Source: Raja brachyura (Eukaryota). From it: a stretch of 64,000 nt of DNA. Every line of letters begins with the position of its first letter. Positions within the stretch are counted from its first letter, which is position 1. Under the pieces are notes generated by a model. The model did no database searches, was not told where the DNA came from, and was given only the letters and a program-made list of their open reading frames with translations. Shown in pieces: positions 39,501 through 54,500 of this stretch. The translations under genes were made by a program, and so were the position numbers. The stretch covers positions 14,198,001-14,262,000 of the forward strand of contig OY740810.1 of the NCBI GenBank assembly GCA_963514005.1. The letters run 5' to 3'.

Positions 39501-42500
39501 GCCGATGTAAAAGGGACGACATCTAGAGCAGCAAATGCAGGATATGGGTTTAGAGACTGGTGTGGGAAATCTAAGCATGAGAGGAACTCTCTCCTTGGAC
39601 AGTCTGGGTGAGGGGGACGCAAGAGCAGAACTACAGGAGACGTGGGTGAGGGATCCATCTGAGACAGCAAAGGGTAATCCACAACTACTAAAAAAAAGGA
39701 CATGTCAGATGCCTAGAATGGGAAAGCATCGTGGAAACAGATGCGCTGGAGATGAATAAACTGAGTATTGGACTTCTCTGACCATTACTTCTACCCCTGT
39801 AACCAGCTGCAGCAACATTTCAGGTGTGCTCTTCCTAACATTGCAACTACTTTGCACTAAATTATTTTTGTAAATGTGTTTTGCTTTTTTGCAGAGAGGT
39901 AATGGCTAACAGCACCAGAGTGACAGCTAATTGTTTATTCAAGAATGTGTCCACCATGGAACCCATCAACCAAGAAGAGGTTTATGATGTATTTAGAGAG
40001 AGGACCCATAACATTACCGCACTGGGACAATATCCATTGCAAAGTGACAGCCTCTATGTAGAAGGTACTTATCAAAATAATCCTCAATCTTTTTCTATGT
40101 ATTCTACTTCACGCAATCTACCGTAGGTGTTGACGGAGTCAAGTCCTTTGGTAATTACATATTCAGATCCGGGAGGATCAGGTATGATGTCCGATGGGCT
40201 TTGGGAAAGTGAATCTTGAAGTCATTCATGAAAGTCATCCTGACTAACAGGAGGGAGAAATAGGCGCATGTCCATCTGGGTCACCGGAGAGGGAGGTGGG
40301 GTTGGATGCGATTTGTTCGAGGATACTTAAAATGGGAAAACTCAATGTTCATCCGGTTGGTTGTAAACTGAGTATGTTTCTTTCTTTGCTTCCAGGTTAT
40401 ACTGTGCCACCCATTGTCATTGGTGAGTTTGGGCTTCCATTGAACTGTTTCGGGTTTCTTTGGTTATTCACTGCTTTCATGACACATCCAGCACCCATAT
40501 TCTGCAAGAATATTTGTTGAAACTCATGAAAAGATGCCTTGCCCTTTGCTCACAAAAACAATCTTGATTGAGAAATGAATGAATTGAAAACTTTCCTTGC
40601 TGTTCGCAAGGTTTTTTTTAACAAAAGCAATTTTTATACTGATTTCTCAGCCAAAGCTAGATACAATCCACAAATTTTCCAGGCGACATCTAGTGCAGAA
40701 TGTCACTCAAATGTATCAATCAATTGCCTCAGGTCACATTTATTCTTTTTGATCTGTTGCTAAGCTGCCACAAATTCCATTACAGGGAAACTAAACTATT
40801 GAAATATCATGGTACTTGCAGCAAGCTGAATTACTTCCTCTATTTCCACAGTTCCAGTCGAGGAATCAAATCCCACTACTTACAACGTGACATTCATTGT
40901 TGACAATCTGTCTATTGAAGAAATTCAACCAAATCCTTCAGAAACAGCAACCATGATTGCATCTGAGGTGAGAGAGTTTACAAGTTAGTTTACTGATGAT
41001 GTTTTACTTCATCGTACCCTTTTGTTTCTCATTCTGACTCAATTATTATTACTGCCTTCAGCTCACCGATCTGTTCGAAAACAGCAGTATCAATGCTACA
41101 TTCTTGACATGTGTTGTGGAATCCTTCAGGTAACTCAAAATAACTTTCCTATTAAATGATAAAAAACACATCCTTTAATTTCACTTATTAACGCTCAATA
41201 ATTCCAATTTGCAAACACATTAAACGCATAAGCAAATTTCCCACAAATATCACGTAGAATTAATATAAATTCTACCAGAAAAAGGTACAATGTACGGGAA
41301 TCTCCTGGTGAGTCAGGTAGCAAATCTGTAAACCCTGGCGAGGCAAAGTTTTGTAGTAGGGGTTCCAGTCCTCGGTTTTTCGGCAACCTGCTACGTCTAT
41401 AACAGTCGCCGGAAGTCACAGAAAATATCGCTTAAGTGGGACAGGCCCATAATGCTATAAGCTACTCCTTGGAATATGAAGTACTGTTCCTCCAGTTTAA
41501 GTGTGGCCTCATTCTGGCAATGGATGAGGCCCAGGACCGAAAGTTTGTTATGAAAATGCAAAGGGGAATTAAATTATCTAGAGGAGATTTGGGTAAGGGA
41601 TCCATCTAAAACAGCCAAGGCTAATCTACATTTACAGTAGAAAGAGGACATCTTGGATGTCCTAGGATGGGAAGTCACATCGTGGGTGAAGGTGGGGGGA
41701 GACGGACAAATTAAGTCGGACACCAGTATTCAGCCACGGCAACATTTCAGCTGTGCTCTTGCTGGCACTTCAAACAACTTTACACTAAATTGTTTTACAC
41801 TTATCACAAATGTCTTTTACTTTTTCACAGAGAGGACGTGGTTAACTGCACCAGAGTGACAGCTAAATGTTCATTCCAAAACATGTCAACAATGGAACCC
41901 ATCAACCGAGAAGATGTTCATGATGTATTTACCGAGAAGACCGATGACATTTCCTCACTGGGGCCATACGTACTGCAAAGCTACAGCCTCTATGTAGACG
42001 GTACTTATCAAAATATTCCATGGTGTTTCTCTTCATATAGTATTTGTGCAATCTACAGTAACAATTGATTTATAGTCACGTTCTTTGGTATTGACATATT
42101 TAGATCAGGGACAACCATGCATGATATCCTATAGGATCTGAGAAAGCAAACCTTAAAATCATTCACAGTCTTGATGTTCGGAGCCTGCCTTTGCACAAAA
42201 ACTCTGCCTCACTGGTATGACCCACTCACAAAAGGGTTTTCTTCATGATAAATTTTCAAAGAGAGGCAAAACAAATACCCCATTAAAATGTTACTTGCTT
42301 TTATAGAAGAAACAGAGTGCTAAAGTAACTCAGCGGGTCAGGCAGCATCACTGGAGAATGTGAATGGGTGACGTTTCAGCTCGAGATCCTTCTTCTGACA
42401 TTGTGGGAGGAGGAGAAAGCTGGAAGAGAAGGGAGGCAGTACAAAGCATGTCATTAATAGGTGAACACAGGTGAAGGAGAGTTTAGATACACAGAAGGTT

Positions 42501-45500
42501 GGACAAATGGTAGAGACGAAAAACATAAAGTGTGATGGAAAAGGATTGAAGAGTTGCAAATTTGAAGCCAGAAATGGGAATGTAGATGGGGGGGCAAGGG
42601 GGAGGAGTTTAATAGGTGTGTGCCCAGGTGTGGTTGTGGTTGGTGGGTTTTTAAAGGTTGCCTAAACTTGAACATTTAAAGTTCTACCTATATTTCTCTG
42701 TTTGTTTTCAGATTTCAATGTACAGCCCAATGTCAATGGTGAGTTTGAATCAAATGCATGAAACAATGGGCTCACGTTGCATTTCTTCTTCTCCTTCTGT
42801 TGCTTAAATTCTGCAGAAATCCAGTACTGGGAAACAGTTTTTAAACTATTTGAAAATCGTGGTACTCACAACCCACTAAATTGCTTAATCTATTTCCACA
42901 GTTCCAGTTCCAATCGAGGTAACAAATCCCAATAAATACAACGTGACTTTCATTGTTGACAATCTGTCAATTGAAGAAATTCAAGCAAACCCTTCAGAAA
43001 CAGCAACCATGATTGCAAATGAGGTGAGAGAGTTTACCAATTAGTTTATTGATAATGTTTTACTTCATCATACCCTTTTATTTCTCAATCTGACTCAATT
43101 ATTATTACTGCCTTCAGCTCACCGACCTGTTCGAAAATAGCAGTATCAATGCTACATTCTTGACATGTGTTGTGGAATCCTTCAGGTAACTCAAAATAAC
43201 TTTCATACTAAATGATAAAAAGCACATCCTTTAACTTCCACTTGTTAATGCTCAATAATTCCAATTTGCAAACACATTAAATGCATAAGCAAATTTCCCA
43301 CAAATATCACGTGGAATTAAGATAAATTCCACCAGAAAAAGGTACAATGTGCTCAAGACTCCTGGTGAGTCAGGCAGCAAATCTGTAAACACTGTAAAAA
43401 CTATCCTTGCTTCATCTGGGTGAGGGTGATGTGAGAGCAGATCTAGAGGAGATTTGGGTAAGGGATCCATCTAAAACAGCCAAGGCTAATCTACATTTAC
43501 ATTAGAAAGAGGACATCTTGGATGTCCTAGGATGAGAAGTCACATCGTGGGTGAAGTTGGGGCGGAGACGGACAAATTAAGTCGGACACCAGTATTCAGC
43601 CACGGCAACATTTCAGCTGTGTTCTTGTTGGCACTTCAAACAACTTTGCATTAAATAATTTTGCACTTATCACAAATGTCTTTTACTTTTTCCCAGAGAG
43701 GAAGTGGTTAACAGCACCAGAGTGACAGCTAAATGCTCATTCCAAAACATGTCAACAATGGAACCCATCAACCGAGAAGATGTTTATGATGTATTTAGCG
43801 AGAAGACGGATGACATTTCCTCACTGGGGCCATACATATTGCAAAGCTACAGCCTCCATGTAGACGGTACTTATCAAAATATTCCTTGGTGTTTCTCTTC
43901 ATATTGTTTTTGTGCAACCTACGGTAACTGTTGATTTATAGTCAAGATCTTTGGTATTTACATATTTAGATCAGGGACAACCAGGTATGATATCCTATAG
44001 GATCTGACAAAGCACACCTTAAAATCATTCACAGTCTTGCTCTTCGGAGCCAGGCTTTGCACAAACACACTGCCTCACTGGTATGACCCACTCACAAAAG
44101 GGCTTTCTTCCTGATAAATGATCAAGGGGAGGCAAAAAAAAAACTACATTAAAAAGTTACTTGCTTTTATAGAAGAAACAAAATGCTAGAGTAACTCAGC
44201 GGGTCAGGCAGCATCACTGGAGAATGTGAATGGGTGATGTTGCAGCTCGAGATCCTTCTTCAGACTGAATGTGGGAGGGAGGGGGGAGAAGAAAGCTGGA
44301 AGAGAAGGGAAGCAGTACAAAGCATGTCATTAATACGTGAACACAGGTGAAGTAGAGTTTAGATACGCAGATGGTTGGACAAATGATAGAGATGAAAAAA
44401 CATAAAGTATGGGGGGAAAGGATTGAAGAGTTGCAAATTTGAAGCCAGAAATAGGAATGTAGATGGGGGGCAAGGGGGAGGAGTTTAATAGGTGTGTACC
44501 CAGATGTGGTTGTGGTTGGTGGGTTTTTAAAGGTTGCCTAAACTTGAAGATTTAAAGTTCTACCTATATTTCTCTGTTTGTTTTCAGATTTCAATGTACA
44601 GCCCAATGTCAATGGTGAGTTTGTATCAAATGCATGAAACAATGGGCTCATATTGCATTTGTTCTTCCCCTTCTGTTGCTTAAACTCTGTAGAAATCTCG
44701 TACTGGGAATCAGTTTTTAAACTATTTGAAAATTGTGGTACTCACAACATGCTAAATTGCTTAATCCATTTCCACAGTTCCAGTTCCAATCGAGGTAACA
44801 AAGCCCAATGAATACAACGTGACTTTCATTGTTGACAATCTGTCTATTCAAGAAATTCAAGCAAACCCTTCAGAAATAGCAACCATGATTGCAAATGAGG
44901 TGAGAGAGTTTACCAAATAGTTTTCTGCTGATATAGTACTTATTCATCCCCTTTGTTATGTCTCATTCTAACACCATTTTTCTTGCCTCAGCTCACAGAC
45001 CTGTTTGAGGACAGCAGTATCGATACAACATTCTTAAAATGTGCCGTGATATCATTCAGGTAACTCACAATAACTTTCCGATTAAATCATGAAAATTGCA
45101 TTCCTTTGTCTCCATATTGTTAATGCACAGTGATTCCAAATGGGAAAGATGATAATCTCATGAACACATTTCCTACAAATATCAGTGCAAAGTCAATATA
45201 AATTCTCACAGAAAAAGACATGATGTGCTGGAGTATCTCAGCGGGACAGTCGGGAAATCTGGAGAACATGGCTTGGCAGAGTTCTGGGTCGGGCCCTTCT
45301 TCAGACTGATTGAAGTAGGGGTGAGAAAGCTGCAAGAGAGGTGGAAAGGGGATGACAAAGTGTGGCAAGTGATAGTACGATACAGGTGATGCGGAGTGAG
45401 CAGTTGATTGACCAATGGTTGCAGAAACTCCAGAGATGAAAACACAAAAGGTTCAATACAGGGCGTCAGGTATAGAAGTCAAATTAATTATGAAAGTTGA

Positions 45501-48500
45501 GGAAGCATCGTTGAAGGGGATAATGGGGGGAGTAGAGGGGGGAAGGGAAAGCGAATAATGGGTGCACAGTCAGGTGTAGCACAGGGAAGAGTGGGGGGAA
45601 ATTGAGGGGGAAGAGAGGCATTTGTATGTTCACACGTAAAATTGAACAACTCATTGTTCATACAGTTAGTTTGTAGGTTGTCACATAAAATGATTCATAT
45701 TGTTAGACTCCAAACCTACACATCAGATTATGAGGTGTATTTCCTCCAGCTTAAATGTGGTCTCCCTCTGGCTATCGATGAGGCTCGACACAGACACGTC
45801 GATATGGGAATGGGAAGGGGAGTCAAAATGTTTTGCAACCGGGGAACCCAGCAGGCATTGGTCGACCCTGCACCTCTTCGGAAAAAAACTGTCACCTAGA
45901 CGATGCTTGGACTTGCCGATGTAAAAGGGACGACATCTAGAGCAGCAAATGCAGGATATGGGTTTAGAGACTGGTGTGGGAAATCTAAGCATGAGGGGAA
46001 CTCTCTCCTTGGACAGTCTGGGTGAGGGGGATGCAAGAGCAGAACTACAGGAGACGTGGGCGAGGGATCCATCTGAGACAGCACAGGGTAATCCACAACT
46101 ACTAAAAAAAAGGACATGCCAGATGCCTAGAATGGGAAAGCATCGTGGAAACAGATGCGCTGGAGATGAATAAACTGAGTATTGGACTTCTCTGACCATT
46201 ACTTCTACCCCTGTAACCAGCTGCAGCAACATTTCAGGTGTGCTCTTCCTAACATTGCAACTACTTTGCACTAAATTATTTTTGTAAATGTGTTTTGCTT
46301 TTTTGCAGAGAGGTAATGGCTAACAGCACCAGAGTGACAGCTAATTGTTTATTCAAGAATGTGTCCACCATGGAACCCATCAACCAAGAAGAGGTTTATG
46401 ATGTATTTAGAGAGAGGACCCATAACATTACCACACTGGGACAATATCCATTGCAAAGTGACAGCCTCTATGTAGAAGGTACTTATCAAAATAATCCTCA
46501 ATCTTTTTCTATGTATTCTACTTCACGCAATCTACCGTAGGTGTTGACGGAGTCAAGTCCTTTGGTAATTACATATTCAGATCCGGGAGGATCAGGTATG
46601 ATGTCCGATGGGCTTTGGGAAAGTGAATCTTGAAGTCATTCATGAAAGTCATCCTGACTAACAGGAGGGAGAAATAGGCGCATGTCCATCTGGGTCACCG
46701 GAGAGGGAGGTGGGGTTGGATGCGATTTGTTCGAGGATACTTAAAATGGGAAAACTCAATGTTCATCCGGTTGGTTGTAAACTGAGTATGTTTCTTTCTT
46801 TGCTTCCAGGTTACACTGTGCCACCCATTGTCATTGGTGAGTTTGAGCTTCCATTGAACTGTTTCGGGTTTCTTTGGTTATTCACTGCTTTCATGACACA
46901 TCCAGCACCCATATTCTGCAAGAATATTTGTTGAAACTCATGAAATGATGCCTTGCCCTTTGCACACAAAAACAATCTTGATTGAGAAATGAATGAATTG
47001 AAAACTTTCCTTGCTGTTCGCAAGGTTTTTTTTAACAAAAGCAATTTTTATACTGATTTCTCAGCCAAAGTTAGATACAATACACAAATTTTCCAGTCGA
47101 CATCTAGTGCAGAAATTCACTCAAATGTATCAATCAATTGCCGCAGGTCACATTTGTTCTTTTTGATCTGTTGCTAAGCTGCCACAAATTCCATTACAGG
47201 GAAACTAAACTATTGAAATATCATGGTACTTGCAGCAAGCTGAATTACTTCCTCTATTTCCACAGTTCCAGTCGAGGAATCAAATCCCACTACTTACAAC
47301 GTGACATTCATTGTTGACAGCCTGTCTATTGAAGAAATTCAAGCAAATCCTTCAGAAACAGCGACCATGATTGCATCTGAGGTGAGAGAGTTTACAAGTT
47401 AGTTTACTGATGATGTTTTACTTCATCGTACCCTTTTGTTTCTCATTCTGACTCAATTATTATTACTGCCTTCAGCTCACCGACCTGTTCGAAAATAGCA
47501 GTATCAATGCTACATTCTTGACATGTGTTGTGGAATCCTTCAGGTAAATCAAAATAACTTTCGTATTAAATGATAAAAACTGCATCCTTTAATTTCCACT
47601 TGTCAACACTCAATAATCCCAATTTGCAAACAGAAAACGCATAAGCAAATTTCCCACAAATATCACGTAGAATTAATATAAATTCTACCAGAAAAAGGTA
47701 CGATGTACAGGAGTCTCCTGGTGAGTCAGGCAGCAAATCTGTAAATCCTGGCGAGGCAACGTTTTGTAGTAGGGATTCCAGTCATCGGTTTTTCGGCGAT
47801 CTGCTACGACTATGACAGTCGCCGGCAGTCGTAGAAAATATTGCTTAAGTGGGACAGGCCCATAATGCTCTAAGCTACTCCTCGGAATATGAGGTGCTGT
47901 TCCTCCAGTTTAAGTGCGGCCTTACTCTAGATTTGGATGAGGCCCAGGACAGACAGTTTGTTTTGGGAATGGAAAGGGGAGTTAAATTGTTTTTGAACCG
48001 GGATTTCCAGCTGACCTTGGACGACTCTGCACGTGTTCGGCGAAAAAGTCACCTTGACACTGTTTGGTCTTGCTGACGTATAGGACACCACATAAGGTAC
48101 ATCAAATGCAGTAGGTGGTGTTAGTGACAGGTGGGGTGTAAACTAAGGATGGGGGAAACTATCCTTGCTCCGTCTGGGTGAGGGTGAGGGTGAGGGTGAT
48201 GTGAAAGCATATCTAGAGGAGATTTGGGTAAGGGATCCATCTAAAACGTCATAGGGTAATCTATATTTGCATTAGAAAGAGGACATCTTGGATGTCCTAG
48301 GATGGGAAGTCACATCATGGGTGAAGATGGAGCGGAGACGGACAAATTGAGTCGGATTTCACTGACCATTGCTTAGACACCAGTACTCAGCCACGGCAAC
48401 TTTTCAGCTGTGTTCTTGCTGGCACTTCAAACAACTTTGCACTAAATTCTTTTACACTTATCACAAATGTCTTTTACTTTTTCGCAGAGAGGAAGTGGTT

Positions 48501-51500
48501 AACAGCTCCAGAGTGACAGCTAAATGTTCATTCCAAAACATGTCAACAATGGAACCCATCAACCGAGAAGATGTTTATGATGTATTTAGCGAGAAGACCG
48601 ATGACATTTCCTCACTGGGGCCATACGTACTGCAAAGCTACAGCCTCCATGTAGACGGTACTTATCAAAATATTCCTAGGTGTTTCTCTTCATATTGTAT
48701 TTGTGCAATCTACGGTAACTATTGATTTATAGTCACGTTCTTTGGTATTTACTTATCTAGATCAGGGATCTGAGAAAGCAAACCCTAAAATCATCCACAG
48801 TCTTGCTTTTCGTATCCTGTTACTTGCTTTTATAAAAGTTACTTGCTTTTATAGAAGAAACAAAGCGCTAGAGTAACTCAGCGGGTCAGGCAGCATCACT
48901 GGAGAATGTGAATGGGTGACATTTCAGCTTGAGATCCTTCTTCAGACTGATTGTGGGGGGGTGGGGGGAGAAGAAAGCTGGAAGTGAAGGGAGGCAGTAC
49001 AAAGCACATCATTAATAGGTGAACACAGGTGAAGTAGAGTTTAGATATGCAGAAGGTTGGACAAATGGTAGAGACGAAAAAACAAAAAGTGTGATGGAAA
49101 AGGATTGAAGAGTTGAAGCCAGAAATAGGAATGTAGATGGAGGGCAAGAGCGAGGAGTTTAATAGGTATGTGGCCAGGTGTGGTTGTGGTTGGTGGGTTT
49201 TTAAAGGTTGCCTAAACTTGAACATTTAAAGTTCTACCTATATTTCTCTGTTTGTTTTCAGATTTCAATGTACAGCCCAATGTCACTGGTGAGTTTGTAT
49301 CAAATGCATGAAACAATGGGCTCACGTTGCATTTCTTCTTCTCCATCTGTTGCTTAAATTCTGTAGAAATCCAGTACTGGGAAACAGTTTTTAAACTATT
49401 TGAAAAGCATGGTACTCACAACACGCTAAATTGCTTAATCTATTTCCACAGTTCCTGTTCCAATCGAGGTAACAAATCCCAATAAATACAATGTGACTTT
49501 CATTGTTGACAATCTGTCCATTGAAGAAATTCAAGCAAACCCTTCAGAAACAGCAACCAAGATTGCAAATGAGGTGAGAGAGTTTACCAATTAGTTTACT
49601 GATGATGTTTTACTTCATCGTACCCTTTTATTTCTCATTCTGACTCAATTATTATTACTGCCTTCAGCTCACCGACCTGTTCGAAAATAGCAGTATCAAT
49701 GCTACATTCTTGACATGTGTTGTGGAATCCTTCAGGTAACTCAAAATAACTTTCGTACTAAATGATAAAAAGCGCATCCTTTAACTTCCACTTGTTAATG
49801 CTCAATAATTCCAATTTGCAAACACATTAAATGCATAAGCAAATTTTCCACAAATATCACGTAGAATTAATATAAATTCCACCAGAAAAAGGTACAATGT
49901 GCTCGAGACTCCTGGTGAGTCAGGCAGTAAATCTGTAAACGCTGGCGAGGCAAAGTTTTGTAGTAGGGGTTCCAGTCGTTGGTTTTTCGGCAACCTGCTA
50001 CGACTGAGTCGCCGGCAGTCGTTGAAAAAGTAGGACAGGCACATAATGCTCTATGAGGTGCTGTTCCTCGAGTTTAAGTGTGGCCTCACTCTGGCAATGG
50101 ATGAGGCCCAGGACAGATAGTTTATTTTGGGAATTGAAAGTGGAGTTAAATTGTTTCTGAACAAGGATTTTCAGCAGCCCTTGGACAACTCTGCACGTGT
50201 TTGGCGAAAAAGTCACCTAGACACTGTTTAGTCTTGCTGACGTATAGGACATCACATAAGGTGCATCAAATGCAGTAGGTGGTGTTAGCGACAGGTGTGG
50301 TTTAAACTAAGGATGCGGGAAACTATCCTTGCTCCGTCTGGGTGAGGGTGATGTGAGAGCAGATCTAGAGGAGATTTGGGTAAGGGATCCATCTAAAACG
50401 TCCAAGGCTAATCAACATTTACATTAGAAAGGGGTTACCTTGGATGTCCCAGGATGGGAAGTCACATCGTGGGTGAAGATGGGGCGGAGACGGACAAATT
50501 GAGTCGGATTTCTCTGACCATTGCTTAGACACCAGTACTCAGCCATGGCAACTTTTCAGCTGTGTTCTTGCTGGCACTTCAAACAACTTTGCACTAAATT
50601 CTTTTACACTTATCACAAATGTCTTTTACTTTTTCGCAGAGAGGAAGTGGTTAGCAGCACCAGAGTGACAGCTAAATGTTCATTCCAAAACATGTCAACA
50701 ATGGAACCCATCAACCGAGAAGATGTTTATGATGTATTTAGCGAGAAGACCGATGACATTTCCTCACTGGGGCCATACGTACTGCAAAGCTACAGCCTCT
50801 ATGTAGACGGTACTTATCAGAATATTCCTTGGTGTTTCTCTTCATATTGTATTTGTGCAATCTACGGTAACTATTGATTTATAGTCACACTCTTTGGTAT
50901 TTACATATTTAGATCAGGGACAGCCAGGTATGATATCCTATAGGATCTGAGAAAGCAAACCTTAAAATCATTCACAGTCTTGCTGTTCGGAGCCTGCCTT
51001 AGCACAAAAACACTGCTTCCACTGGTATGACCCACTCACAAAAGGGTTTTCTTCCTGATAAATGTTCAAAAGGAGGCAAAACAAATACCCCATTAAAAGG
51101 TTACTTGCTTTTATAGAAGAAACAGAGTGCTAGAGTAACTCAGCGGGTCAGGCAGCATCACTGGAGAATGTGAATGGGTGACGTTTCAGCTCGAGATCCT
51201 TCTTTTGACTGATTGAGGGAGGAGGAGAAAGCTGGAAGAGAAGGGAGCAGTACAAAGAACATCATTAATAGGTGAACACAGGTGAAGTAGAGTTTAGATA
51301 CGCAGAAGGTTGGACAAATGGTAGAGATGAAAAAACATAAAGAGTGAGGGAAAAGGATTGAAGAGTTGCAAATTTGAAGCCAGAAATAGGAATGTAGAGG
51401 GAGGGCAAGGGGGAGGAGTTTAATAGGTATGTGCCCAGGTGTGGTTGTGGTTGGTGGGTTATTAAAGGTTGCCTAAACTTGAACGTTTAAAGTTCTACCT

Positions 51501-54500
51501 ATATTTCTCTGTTTGTTTTCAGATTTCAATGTACAGCCCAATGTCAATGGTGAGTTTGAATCAAATGCATGAAACAATGGGCTCACGTTGCATTTCTTCT
51601 TCTCCATCTGTTGCTTAAATTCTGTAGAAATCCAGTACTGGGAAACAGTTTTTAAACTATTCGAAAATCACGGTACTCACAACACGCTAAATTGCTTAAT
51701 CTATTTCCACAGTTCCTGTTCCAATCGAGGTAACAAATCCCAATAAATACAACGTGACTTTCATTGTTGACAATCTGTCGATTGAAGAAATTCAAGCAAA
51801 CCCTTCAGAAACAGCAACCATGATTGCAAATGAGGTGAGAGAGTTTACCAATTAGTTTACTGATGATGTTTTACTTCATGGTACCCTTTTATTTCTCATT
51901 CTGACTCAATTATTATTACTGCCTTCAGCTCACCAACCTGTTCGAAAATAGCAGTATCAATGCTACATTCTTGACATGTGTTGTGGAATCCTTCAGGTAA
52001 CTCAAAATAACATTCCTATTAAATTATAAAAAGCGCATCCTTTAATTTAACGCTGAATAATTCCAATTTGCAAACACATTAAACGCATAAGCAAATTTCC
52101 CACAAATATCACGTAGAATTAATATAAATTCCACCAGAAAAAGGTACAATGTGCTCAAGACTCCTGGTGAGTCAGGCAGCAAATCTGTAAACACTATAAA
52201 AACTATCCTTGCTCCATCTGGGTGAGGGTGATGTGAGAGCAGATCTAGAGGAGATTTGGGTAAGGGATCCATCTAAAACAGCCAAGGCTAATCTACATTT
52301 ACATTAGAAAGAGGACATCTTGGATGTCCTAGGATGAGAAGTCACATCGTGGGTGAAGTTGGGGCGGAGACGGACAAATTAAGTCGGACACCAGTATTCA
52401 GCCACGGCAACATTTCAGCTGTGTTCTTGTTGGCACTTCAAACAACTTTGCATTAAATAATTTTGCACTTATCACAAATGTCTTTTACTTTTTCGCAGAG
52501 AGGAAGTGCTTAACAGCACCAGAGTGACAGCTAAATGTTCATTCCAAAACATGTCAACAATGGAACCCATCAACCGAGAAGATGTTTATGATGTATTTAG
52601 CGAGAAGACCGATGACATTTCCTCACTGGGGCCATACATATTGCAAAGCTACAGCCTCCATGTAGACGGTACTTATCAAAATATTCCTTGGTGTTTCTCT
52701 TCATATTGTTTTTGTGCAACCTACGGTAACTATTGATTTAGTCAAGATCTTTGGTATTTACATATTTAGATCAGGGAAAACCAGGTATGATATCCTATAG
52801 GATCTGACAAAGCACACCTTAAAATCATTCACAGTCTTGCCTTTCGGAGCATGCCTTTGCATAAACACACTGCCTCACTTGTATGACCCATTCACAAAAG
52901 GGTTTTCTTCCTGGTAAATGTTCAAGGAGAGGCAAAAAAAAAACCCCATTAAAAAGTTACTTGCTTTTATAGAAGAAACAAAATGCTAGAGTAACTCAGC
53001 GGGTCAGGCAGCATCACTGGAGAATGTGAATGGGTGACGTTGCAGCTCGAGATCCTTCTTCAGACTGAATGTGGGAGGGAGGGGGGAGAAGAAAGCTGGA
53101 AGAGAAGGGAGGCAGTACAAAGCATGTCATTAATACGTGAACACAGGTGAAGTAGAGTTTAGATACGCAGAAGGTTGGACAAATGATAGAGACGAAAAAA
53201 CATAAAGTATGAGGGGAGGGGTTTGAAGAGTTACAAATTTGAAGCGAGAAATAGGAATGTAGATGGGGGGGCAAGCCTAGATGTGGTTGTGGTTGGTGGG
53301 TTTTTAAAGGTTGCCTAAACTTGAACATTTAAAGTTCTACCTATATTTCTCTGTTTGTTTTCAGATTTCAATGTACATCCCAATGTCAATGGTGAGTTTG
53401 TATCAAATGCATGAAACAATGGGCTCACATTGCATTTGTTCTTCTCCTTCTGTTGCTTAAACTCTGTAGAAATCTCGTACTGGGAATCAGTTTTTAAACT
53501 ATTTGAAAATTGTGGTACTCACAACATGCTAAATTGCTTAATCCATTTCCACAGTTCCAGTTCCAATCGAGGTAACAAAGCCCAATGAATACAACGTGAC
53601 TTTCATTGTTGACAATCTGTCTATTCAAGAAATTCAAGCAAACCCTTCAGAAACAGCAACCATGATTGCAAATGAGGTGAGAATTTACCAAATAGTTTTC
53701 TGCTGATATAGTACTTATTCATCCCCTTTGTTATGTCTCATTCTAACACCATTTTTCTTGCCTCAGCTCACAGACCTGTTTGAGGACAGCAGTATCGATA
53801 CAACATTCTTAAAATGTGCCGTGGTATCATTCAGGTAACTCACAATAATTTTCCGATTAAATCATGAAAATTGCATTCCTTTGTCTCCATATTGTTAATT
53901 CACAGTGATTCCAAATGGGAAAGATGATAATCTCATGAACACATTTCCTACAAATATCAGTGCAAAGTCAATATAAATTCTCACAGAAAAAGACATGATG
54001 TGCTGGAGTATCTCAGCGGGACAGTCGGGAAATCTGGAGAACATGGCTTGGCAGAGTTCTGGGTCGGGCCCTTCTTCAGACTGATTGAAGTAGGGGTGAG
54101 AAAGCTGCAAGAGAGGTGGAAAGGGGATGACAAAGTGTGGCAAGTGATAGTACGATACAGGTGATGCGGAGTGAGCAGTTGATTGACCAATGGTTGCAGA
54201 AACTCCAGAGATGAAAACACAAAAGGTTCAATACAGGTATAGGTATAGAAGGTTCAATACAGGTCAGGTATAGAAGTCAAATTAATTATGAAAGTTGAGG
54301 AAGCATCGTTGAAGGGGATAATGGGGGGAGTAGAGGGGGGAAGGGAAAGCGAATAATGGGTGCACAGTCAGGTGTAGCATAGGGAAGAGTGGGGGGAAAT
54401 TGAGGGGGAAGAGAGGCATTTGTATGTTCACACGTAAAATTGAACAACTCATTGTTCATACAGTTAGTTTGTAGGTTGTCACATAAAATGATTCATATTG

